Part shown: piece after piece, positions 25,824 to 36,008 of the stretch
Layout of the letters: each line of letters opens with the position of its first letter
How positions within the stretch are numbered: the stretch's first letter is position 1
Assembly (NCBI GenBank): GCA_030704615.1
Contig: CM060732.1
Coordinates: 41,788,001-41,852,000 of the forward strand
DNA: 64,000 nucleotides
Source of the DNA: Takakia lepidozioides
Taxonomy: Eukaryota > Plantae > Bryophyta
Direction: 5' to 3'
Translations under genes and position numbers: made by a program
Notes under the pieces: model-generated
Database searches by the model: none
What the model saw: the letters and a program-made list of their open reading frames with translations, nothing else
What the model was told of the DNA's origin: nothing

Positions 25824-26550
25824 TGTCGCGGCCCTTTACCTTGAGGGCAGGGGGTCGGGACACATGAGGGGCTGCCCCTGTGGTGGGGGCAGTGGCAGCG
25901 ATAGGTATGGGGGGCTGAAGCACCCTTGAGTACCCAAGGCACTCAAGGAGGCGGAGGCGCTCACTAGGTGGAGCCCCGCACACCGGGTTGCGGTGGGGGT
26001 GGCTCCACAAGGGTTGGTGGTAGCTTAGCGGGACTTAGTGGGGGTGGCATAGGACTCACCATGGGGGCGGAGACCTCGTGGTGGGAGTCGTGGGGAGTCT
26101 TGGGACTCATCACGGTCCATAGGGGCCGTGGTGAGTGGGCCAAGACTCACCGCGACTCATCACCGGGAGTCGAGGGTTTTCATGGTGGTTCGCCATAAAA
26201 TGGCATGGCTGGTTGTGAAACCCCCGCGGACAACTACAGAAGTGTATATAAGAGGAGTAGTGACCCCGAGAACGGTGCAAGCCCGTTGGTGACCAAAAAT
26301 TAGTGAGTAAGCGAGCGAGCCGGAAAGCGACCAAAGAGTGGGGAGCTGTTCCGGACTGCCATCTACCAAAGGGAATTCCACCAGGCCCAAATAGGTGGAG
26401 GGTTTAGTGGGAGAGCGAAGGGGGACCGTTATGTCCCGGTGAGCAGCCAAAGCTCCAAGTTGGCCCGGGGCCAGGTTGGGAGTCAGGCGCGCGCATCAAA
26501 GCGAGTAACTATGACTTGAAGGGGAGCTTACCGAAGTGAGGTGCGCGACA
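25824..26550 (+). repeat. Chromovirus 3' LTR (727 bp)
   Basis: Perfect terminal inverted repeat TGTCGCG...CGCGACA, preceded by the purine-rich tggtaggggtgtg and followed by the TSD cttcg. Confidence 0.95.
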
Positions 26551-26754
26551 CTTCGCCATCGGCAATGAGCACACGATGCCGAAATACAGAAAATAAAAAG
26601 CAAGGAACAGAAGCCAGAGAAAACAAGGAAGAACACACGGATTGCAATGAACAAAAGGAAAACACACAACATAGACAACAAAGAGGATATGAGTAGAGCA
26701 GCTGAAAAACCAGAACGAAGAGCCGCCACCGAAGAGTCGCTTCGCGAGGAAGAC

Positions 26755-28990
26755 ATTCCGCACGTGCAGTGTAGCTAGGGGAGCGGGCATGTGGGGGAGC
26801 AGGGGATTAGTCGATGGACACGTGTCAACAACACCAAAAGTGGGGATCAGTGATGTCGACACGTGGGGAGATCTGGGCGGTCATAAGGGGGAGCAGGCAT
26901 GGGGAGATGTGAAGGGGGAGCGAACCCCTAGCCCCTCCCAGAACATGGGGATCAAAGTAGGGGGACCAGACACGTGGGGGGATGTTAGTAGAGGGGAGCT
27001 GACATGAGTACTGGATATGACTTGCATGGCGATTCTGTGGTCAGGGAGGTGACACGTGGGCAGCGAAGACAGAGGGAGCGGCGGGGGGGGGGGGGGGGGG
27101 GGGACCAGACAGTGGGGGAGCAAAACTCGGGAGGGATTGGATGTTTGGGGGTTTGCAAGTGACGGATTCAGGGAGGGAGACAATTCATGAGAGGAAGGGG
27201 ACCCTAAACTGTAGGGGCAGGGAACATGAGAAGAGACCGTTGTGTAGGACGAGTAAAACACCATGCTAGGTCGAAAAAGAAATCCCTATAAGTGCATGCA
27301 TTATGAGCTGGCCGGTATACAACCATCTTGGATTCTCCAACCTCCATCAATCCTATTCAGCTGCTCCATACCCAACTATATTTGATTCTGCAACACACAG
27401 ATGTTCACATTTGAATCTAGCAAGGTAAGTAGTATGAAAAAACAAACATGAAGTTGAGGCTGAAAAACAAACAAACAACAAACAAGAAAGAGGCAAACAA
27501 GAAAAAACAACAAAAGAAGAAGAAGAAGAAGAAGAAGAAGAAGAAGAAGAAGAGAAGAAGAAGAAGAAGAAAGAAGAAAAACCCCCTGTACGCATTGTAT
27601 GCAAGACGCGAGTCGCAATAGAATCACAAACGCCGTAGAGCGCACACGATTGAGGCCCTGGCAGGTCATCCCAAGCCCATCGAAGCAGAAGCACGAACAA
27701 GCATGACAACTGGAAACCCTCGCTCAATCCAGATGGAGAACCCTACCTCCACGACGAAGTGAACAGCACATGCAGGTCCACGTGGTGCGATACCCACCGA
27801 TGGAAATGGAAGGGATTGGGGGATCGGTCGAAGGGGGATCAAAGCAGGCAAGACCAGGGAGGGGGGGATCAGTGACCAAATTGGACGGGGGATCAAACAA
27901 GGGGGGGGGGGGGGACGGCGATGGCCCGGGGATCGCGCCTCCGATGGGATGAGGGGATCGACGGCGGGGGGAGCGCCACATGGCGGTGGGCGTGCCATGG
28001 GGCCTTCATCCGGCCGTCGTCCATCCACTGCGCATGAGGATGGCGGGGGGATGAGGGGCGGATGAGCCATAACATCCATTGTTTTGAGGTTGGATGGATG
28101 AGCAGGGGATCGACGGTTCGGGGGGGAGCAGCACGTGGCGGGCGATTAGGGGTGGGGGATCACTGCGGGTCCGGAGTGGGGATCAAGCCAGGTCGGGGGG
28201 AGCGCCACGTGCCGTCCGATGGGTGGAGGGGGATCAGTCACCGCATTGGATGGGGATCAACGGAGGGGGGGGGGCCGGCGACGTGTCGGGAGATCGGGCC
28301 GTCGATGGGAAGAGGGGATCGACGGCGGGGGGAGTGGGAGGATGGCAGGGGGATGAGGGGCGGATGACACACAACATCCACTGTTTGTGAGGTCCGATGG
28401 ATGCGCAGGGCATCGACGGTCTGGGGAGCTGCACGTGGCGGGCGATTGGGGTTGGGGGATCACTCCCGGTCCGGAAGGGGGATCAAGGCGCGTCGGGGGG
28501 CGCGGGCGACGTCTGGGGGGAGCGCACCGTGGATGGGAGGAGGGGATCGACGGCGGTGGGAGCGCCACGTGGCGATGGGCGCGTCATGGGACCTTCAACC
28601 GGCCGTCATCCATTCAATTGAGGTTGGATGGATGGGGAGGGGATCGACGGTTCGGGTTAGCGCCACATGGCTGGAGATGGGGATCACTCCGCATTGGAAG
28701 GGGGATCAACCCAGTGAGGGGATCCACAGCGGGGGGCCGCCACGTGGCTGGAGATCGGGGGTGGGAGATGGGCGCCGCGCGGCCAGCAGTGGGGCGGGGG
28801 TCAGGGGTCCCGGGCGGGCGGGCGGGCGGCGGGCGCGGGGGGGGGGGGTTCAGGGGGCGCGGGGGGAGCAGCGGGCGGCGGGGGCGGGGCAACGGATGGA
28901 GGTGTGGGGATGATTTGTCCAGCTCGCCGACTAGGCTGGCGGAGCGGTTCCCGGCTGTACCTTGCGGGCCGTACCTGTCAGCTCACACGC
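26755..28990. repeat. GC-rich mosaic repeat block (GGGGATC and CACGTG motifs), with a (GAA)n tract at ~27514-27578
   Basis: Many ggggatc and (gc)cacgtg(gc) motifs; modules begin gaggggatcgacggc at ~27951, 28312 and 28540. Confidence 0.8.
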
Positions 28991-29162
28991 TTGCAATAAA
29001 ATCAAGCCACATCCATATTGGGACCGGTGACCTTCAGTTATCGTTGCAAGTTGCAAGACCAATTGGTCACACTATCATCCATTTTTGCAATCAACAGTCC
29101 ACAACAGGACAGCAAAGACCACCCAAATCTCAAACAACCTAAAATGACGCAAAATGGATTAC

Positions 29163-29367
29163 CACCATGTTGGTAGCTCAGATAGATAGTGCACGGAGAG
29201 CCACCCAGGTGAGTCAGGGTTCAAATCCTACTACTTTGTCGGGTGTGGAATAATCTTCTCCACTTGAGCCTTGTGCTTGGTGCCTCGTGCCAAGGTTCTC
29301 CTCTCATTATAATTAAGGGGCCTGATTTGGATTGGTTGGAATGTCCTTTTCTTTGAAAAAACAAAAA
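29163..29367 (+). mobile_element. tRNA-derived SINE-like element
   Basis: A-box-like tggtagctcagatag (29171), B box ggttcaaatcc (29218) and an A-rich tail. The flanks aaaatggattac / aaaaccgattac resemble a TSD. Confidence 0.6.
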
Positions 29368-29409
29368 CCGATTACTAAAAATTATTGTTTGGAATTGTCG
29401 TCGTTTTGC

Positions 29410-30946
29410 TACGTTTCAGATGACAGCCGTTTTGCTGCAGTTCTCACCAAGCTAAAAAGGAAGTTTACGTAGTGGAGCTCCCTTCATCCGTCGATTGCTT
29501 GAAGAGGCCTGGTGGCCTCTCAAATTTTGGAGGCTTCTTCATGGTTCACTGCATCTGTTTGATCCCGGGGTGCCGTGATCATCAAGAAAATCAAATCCTT
29601 GGTCCGAAACTTCATTTGGGGTGGCACAGATGTCTCTTCTTATAAGAGAGCTTTTGTCAGTTGGTCTCAAATTTGTCAGAAAAAGAAACATGGTGGGCTA
29701 GGGGTCCTCGACCCTCAATCGCAAATCACCACACTTCTGGCAAAGTGAGTGCCAAGAGTTTTTACGCACCTCTCTAGCCCTTGGAGTAAATTGGTGAGGC
29801 ACCACCTGGCGGCAGCCACTCCCACACGCAGCCCCCTCTGGGCCCCCTCCTTGAAATGGACAATGCAGGGTGGGAACTCCAATTCTTCTCCCGCTGCTGG
29901 CTCAAAGGCATGGCAATCTATTTGGACAGCGTGGTGCAAGCTCCGTGGCCATTTTTTCCAGCTCCAACCCACTTCTTACGATGAGGTGATCAGGCAGCCC
30001 ATGTTTGGTAACTATAAAACAGACTCTAAGGTCCTGGTGCGATGCACTAAAAGATTGTGGTTGCTATGCGGGATAGATTTTGCCATTGATGATAATGCCC
30101 TTGAACACTCTGGGCTGATGCTAACTCAGTATGGGTAGCCTTGAGAGGCATTATTCTCTGGCACATCTGGAAGTCTCGTTGCTCTGTTCTTTTTCATAAC
30201 TCGGTTTCCCTGTTTGCAAAAGCTTCTGTTTTTAGCTCACTCAGACATGTTATCTAAATCTCAGAAGGCTTGGATTGTTTTGGTGACAGCTGTTTCCAGG
30301 ATCCAGCTCTTACAGCCTTCGACAACTCATGGGGTAATCGAGGCATCTTCTGCCGCCAAATTTCAGAATCCAGAATTGAATGGCAAGAATAGCTCCCATC
30401 CCGCTGGAGCTCCATTAGTGCTATGAGCTCACCCTTGGAGCCTGAAGATGGTGAAGTCAACTGGAAGCACAAACAAGCCTAAGAACAGGGAAATCAAAAG
30501 CCCAGTTGTCTTTTGAGGCCCCCAAAGGAAAATGAGGCAACACTTGAGGAAATGCTGCTGCTCTCAGTTCTGGGATCTGCATTCTGAAGTTCCTTGCTTC
30601 CTAGTCTCCTTCACCTTTATTAGAACTCTAGGTTCAGACTGGTGCCTTGTCATTGGATTCTGACTCCCCTTTGTTATATGCGATTAGATTGAAAAGGGCA
30701 GCAGTACAGTTGTAGCCAACAAAACAAGTCTACTCTTACTTTAATTTGGCATGTGCTTCCCATTGGTTGGGGCAGGTCTTGGTTCTCCTTGTGTTTCCCT
30801 TCTCTTAAGGGTCAGGAGCTGTTGTCTCTCCTTGCGTTTTAGCTGCTCCCTCCTTGTAGTTTTAGAGCTTGCTTCTCTTATTGTCCTTCTTTATCAATAA
30901 AGTTTTCCAGGGATACAATCCCCCTGTTCATTATTAAAGAAAAAAG
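29410..30946 (+). mobile_element. 5'-truncated L1-type LINE (ORF2 C-terminal region plus 3' UTR)
   Basis: IKSLVRNFIWGG...VSWSQICQKKKHGGLGVLD...LLAK and GIILWHIWKSRCSVLFHN motifs, typical of the post-RT region of plant L1. It ends in aataaa and an A-rich tail. Confidence 0.8.
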
Positions 30947-31178
30947 CACATCGGCTGGTAGCTCAGCTGGTAACTACACAGTGTGTCACCTTGGTAGTTC
31001 GGGGTTCAAACCCGCTGCCCTGCCCCATGTGTGGGATTGTTCGTGACGGTATGTCTGGGCGTTGATCGTCCTGTAGGCCTCATGGCCCATAAATGAAAGG
31101 GGGTTAATTTTTCTCCCTCCTCAAGGGGCCTGAATTGTGGGCTGTCGCTCCCAGGTTTCCTTTTCAAAAAAAAAAAAA
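30947..31178 (+). mobile_element. tRNA-derived SINE
   Basis: A box tagctcagctgg (30959), B box ggttcaaaccc (31003) and an A13 tail (31166-31178). It shares the 3' motif aaggggcctga with the 29.2-kb SINE. Confidence 0.7.
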
Positions 31179-32289
31179 GGGTTTCCCGCGAAAAAAGAAA
31201 AAAGATTGAAAAGAGGGTCAACTGAGTCCTCCTAAAGTTAGAAGATCTGTGGATATCAGAAAAAGTAGTTTAAACAGAAAGAAATTAATGGTAAATTAGT
31301 GACTCTTGCTGCCCTTCCTAGAAGGACGGTGTCTTCAAATAAAACCCGACCAACAAACCCACCGTTGGATTCCCCAACAAGGATCCATCGGAGTCGTACA
31401 CGCCGGAAACCAAACCATCTATGTAAGGGATGCCAAGTCTCGCAAGTACCAAATAGGGAGGAAGCGTGTGGCCGAAGTTATTCGCAGTGCGCGACGGATG
31501 AATGATAGTGAGAAAGTTGGACGACGTGAGGGCGCGGGTGGATGAGTTGGTCGACCCCGAGTTGACGTCGGCACGGACACAACTCTGGCTCTAGGAGTCT
31601 GGAGCGGAGGGGTGGAGCCCGGAGAAAGGGCGGGCGGGGTGGGGCCTTCCTGGAGCTTGTCGGGCTGCGCTGAGCGAGGCAGTGAGGCCATCATTGTGGG
31701 CATTAGGTAGGGTGCGGGGAGCTCTCGCTGCTTGTAAGATTGCTCCTCACGATCCCCCAGTTGCACAGATTGCGGCTCTCGATGTGTGTCCCTGTATGGA
31801 TTGTGCTTTCTCTCCATATCCTTATGACGTGTGTGTGAAATGCATGAATTGTACGAGCTTCCGAAGTGCATTTCAGAGAGGCGGTCGAGGTTGGTCTACT
31901 TCGGAGAGGATGGAGGTTGAACGTATGAATAATTCTTCGGAAACGTTTTGAACAGGTACAGGTTTTCTTCCTTCTCTGTGAGTTGGTGATTTAGGGGTAT
32001 TGTAGGTGCGGATGAGATTACGCGTCCATGTATGGTGTTATCCTGGTGTGGTGCCGAGTTGGGTTTTGAAGTCAGTCTTTTGGGTGCTGTCTGGTTGGTA
32101 GGCCTTCTATTCTAGAGCGAACGCCGAGATGCCAGTCATTTTCACATGCTTCTTTTGTGATTCGATGCTAAACCTATTTGCAACTACCTCAGGCTTGGGG
32201 ACCACTGTAGGCTGATGGTGTTTGTGGTCTTGAATCCTCATGACATTGTAAACAGATTGGAGGCTTCCATGAGAGCGCGCTAAGTTAGG

Positions 32290-35200
32290 ATGGTGTCCCC
32301 ACGGATGAAGTCTGATACGCAGTGGCCGACGCTGGAAGCCGGTGACAGTATGGTACAAGCACGATTTGGAGATGCCCTACCATCCTCATCTTCTTCGGCC
32401 CCAGCGCAACCAATGGATGGATTGCAAAGCACGGCACCCCCTCCATTTCTCACAAAGACTTATGATATGGTGGACGATCCTGCAACCGATGCAGTAGTGT
32501 CCTGGAGTAAGGGAAATAATAGCTTTGTAGTTTGGAACCCTCCGGAGTTTGCCCAGGATCTTTTGCCCAAGTATTTCAAGCACAACAACTTCTCGAGCTT
32601 TGTTCGGCAGCTCAACACCTATGTGAGTAATTCTTCACACTATAGTGTGTCTCGCTGTTAATTACTCTGTACCCTTCATGCCCCTGCCACTCTCCTCTGC
32701 ACAGAGTTGATGTTACAATAATCTTTAAATCTGATATCCGTGGTTTGGTTCAAGTCACCAGGAACTCAATGAAATCTAATCTAGCTGAAGCAAGTCATTG
32801 TGGGCAAGCTTCCCCTCAAGGTTGTTAAGCTACAGCAACAGCCAATTGGGTTTTGGGAGGTCAAGTATCACCTTTATATGGATTTGAGGAGTATTCTGCC
32901 AAAAAGCACAAATTGATATGATATAAACTGAACATGGTAGACATGAGGGTAGTAGACATCCCATGATTCTCTGCACAGAGTTGACATAACAATAATCTTA
33001 AAAGCTGACGCGTGGTTTGATTCTAGTGCCCAGTAACTCAATGAAACCCAATCTAGCTGAAGCAGGTCATTTGGGCAAGCAACCCCTGAAGGGTGTTGAG
33101 CTGCAGCAACAGCCACAGTTTTTGGAAGGTTGCGTATCACATATACATGGATTTGAGGAGTATTCTGCCAAAACTCACAATTTGATGTGACATAAATTGA
33201 ACATGGTAGACATGAAGGTAGTCGACATCCCACGATTTGGGCAAGCCTCATACTTGTGTATGCTGCACTTTGTTTTGTTGTTCTTCAGGAGGGATTGCAT
33301 GTAGGGCTCCAGTTACTTGGGATGAAGCTGTGCTTTCTGGGGAACACCTACTTTGGATGGCTTGGATGATCTTGCTCCAGGTTTAGGGTTTGTTGACTTG
33401 AGAGTGTACTCGAAGTTTTCAGAAACCTACTCTCCTGTGCCTAAGGTTCTCTCTGTTGGGGTCTGCATTATCCCTTGGACAAGGGACTAAGGTGTTCTAT
33501 GCTGATTGGTGGGAAACTTACAGAACTCCTTGGTGCTGGGGATGTTTGAATTTCTTGGATGTCACAGCTGTGAGCGTTTGTACAGGTGAGGGGTATGAGG
33601 GCCACTGTGTGCAGATATTTGTTGATATGAATTCTGTTGGGGGATCAGTACTGCACACAAACTTGAGTTGACAATTTCGTTCGCAAGAGACGAGACAATA
33701 TTGCCAATTGATATAGAGTCTGGGGCTTCGATACAGGCTTGACTGTCAGGAAAAGAGGGCACTGCATCTCCATTCACCTTTTCTGCAGGGCTGGATTTGT
33801 CGTCCCCATTACACTGGTCCTTTCTTACCTCAGTGTTTCTTTTTGGACCACCCCTGACATATGAACCGGGAAAATGTGGTGTGCCAATCTGATTCAGGGA
33901 TTCCGCAAAGTGGATCCAGACCGCTGGGAGTTTGCAAATGAGGGATTTCTGCGGGGCCGACGGGAGTTGCTTAGGGGAATACACCGTCGAAAGCCATCTT
34001 CACATGGACAGCAGCAGCAACAGCAAGGTGGACAAGGCTCTCTTGGGCCATGCGTGGAAGTGGGGAAGTTTGGGTTAGAGGGCGAGATTGAGAGGCTGAA
34101 GAGGGACAAGAATGTCCTCATGCTTGAGTTAGTGCGGCTGCGCCAGCAGCAGCAAAACACAGAAAGGGATCTTCAGGTTTGTGTCCCCATCTTAATCAAA
34201 GTAATATTCCAAGGACTGAATATGTTATTGTAGCCATCCTGGTTCTCTCTTTCAACAATTGCTACCTTTGGCTCTTTGTGGACTGAATCAGTTCAAGTCT
34301 TTTTATCTGTTGGTCCTGAGCTCCTACTCCTTCTCACTTTGTGTCTTTCCCCCCCTTTTTTTTCATGCATCAACATCTGGAAGGCTTCCAGGGCCAAAAA
34401 CTGCTTGTAGCCTTTGTATTGTCTTGTGAAGGTCAGGTTTCCATAGAGTTCTTGCCTTTTTGTCTGGTAGAAACGGCCTTTAATAGTGCTTCACCATAAT
34501 TCTATGTCTGAGGATTTTCAGCATTAAATTTACCCATCTCTTGAGGGCTGGAGAACAGGGAAACATGCATAGATAGCCAAGCTGCTATAGCCCACACTCT
34601 TCATTGGTGCAGGTGATGGGACAGCGTCTACAAGTGACAGAACAACGGCAGCAGCAGATGATGTCCTTCTTGGCGAAAGCTATGCAGAGTCCTAGCTTCC
34701 TTGCACAATTGGTACAACAGCAAAATGACAGTAACATGCGCTTGGCACCTACTGTGAGGAAGAAACGACGACTACCGAAACAGGATGGAAGTGAAGGGGA
34801 CTCTCTCAACCCTGATTCACCACCTGATGGTCAAATAGTGACCTTCCAACCCAATGGGTCTGCAGAGACTGGAGCCCGTGCAATGCTCATGCAATTCTTT
34901 AATCCATCGGACACTTCAGCCCCAGCACTTGACAGTGGCCCACTTGAGGCACTGCTACGGGATCTCAGTCCTGCACCAGTTGGTCCTGATGTAAACAGCT
35001 TGAATCGGCAGTCAGGTGTAACGCTTACAGAGATGCACATCTCAACTGGGCTGCCTGACAATCCATCAGGTGACCCAGTTGTGACAGATCTCCCTGATGA
35101 ACCAATTCTTCATTTGCCGCATTCACCTGTGCATATTCCAAGAATTGGAGGTACAGGCTTCTACATTATTTGCTGGTCTGCTAGCTTCTGCCTATAAGTG

Positions 35201-36008
35201 TTGTACTGTCATGCGGCTGAGTTCTTGGGCATTCAAAAACTATCAGAGGCTAGTTTTTGCTTTCCTGTCAAAGATGATGAGAAAGAGAAGGCTTGTATTC
35301 ACAAGCTCTGCAAGAATTTTGGGTCTTGTCATGACTATTTCCAAATCACATGGACTTTTTGAATTTTTTTGTGAGGAGCATGTGGCAACGGTTGTTTGAA
35401 AAGATCGAAGGGAAACTGCTGGGCCAGTGGACTTATTACTGCAGGGCTGTATAATTAATTGCACAACTGCATCAGGGGAAAGCAGCTTAAGCTTTGCGAC
35501 CTTGTGATTGCTATGACATTGAACTACAGTTTCAATCTTCGTTCTCATTGGCTTAGGATTGATGTATTGTTCTCTAACAAACATTTTATTGTTGGATCTT
35601 GTATCAGGTGCCCAAAGCTTGGATAGTGGGGTTAAGTACTCTCCATCGAGGGGCTCCAGGGACACTAACGGGGACTCTATGGAGTTGGCTGAGGAGGGAG
35701 GAAGGCTTTCTCCTGAGACAGAGGAAGTGAGTTCTAATGTCGACAGCCCCGCTGTAGGGTCAGGGGCAAACGATGTTTTTTGGGAGCAGTTTCTGAGTGA
35801 GACTCCAAACAGTCCTGCTGCTTCAGACACAGAGGTGGAGACGGAAAGCCTGGCAGAAACTGGAGCAGATGTGGGGGAAAGTAGTGGAGGTGCACTAGAA
35901 ATTTGCACCAGTGATCACAAAGGAGACGAAACTCGACCCAACAATTGGTGGAATAGCAAGCGCGTTGACCAGTTGGCGGATCAGATGGGGCAGCTGGCAC
36001 CAGGGTAG
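32290..36008 (+). CDS. HSFA1: Class A heat-shock transcription factor (HSFA1-like), exons 32290-32622, 33898-34176, 34613-35150, 35608-36008; ~516 aa
   Basis: The [17 protein letters not shown]...[16 protein letters not shown]|[17 protein letters not shown] carries the conserved intron. Also present are a class A HR-A/B ([35 protein letters not shown]...[11 protein letters not shown]), NLS RKKRRLP, AHA motif NDVFWEQFL and a C-terminal NES-like [13 protein letters not shown] sites are phase-consistent. Confidence 0.95.
32695..33237. repeat. Two-copy ~273 bp tandem duplication in HSF intron 1
   Basis: ctctgcacagagttga... starts at 32695 and 32968. Both copies end in gacatccca.gatt. Confidence 0.9.

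Noticed and set aside
19129-26550. Interpreting the ~720-bp inverted repeats as TIRs of a DNA transposon or as a DIRS-type element
   Set aside because: They have TG..CA ends, a PBS and a PPT-like tract. The element encodes a DDE integrase and chromodomain, and gag is split across strands, so an inversion explains the geometry.
26881-29142. Many Gly/Arg/Pro-rich ORFs in the GC block
   Set aside because: These are stop-poor reading frames produced by low-complexity GC repeats, with no domain signal.
29171-31013. tRNA genes at 29171 and 30955
   Set aside because: A and B boxes are present but there is no convincing cloverleaf or acceptor stem, and both extend into SINE-like bodies with A tails.
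31182-31189. E2F-like TTTCCCGC upstream of the HSF gene
   Set aside because: It is a single 8-mer at a SINE tail junction and could easily be chance.
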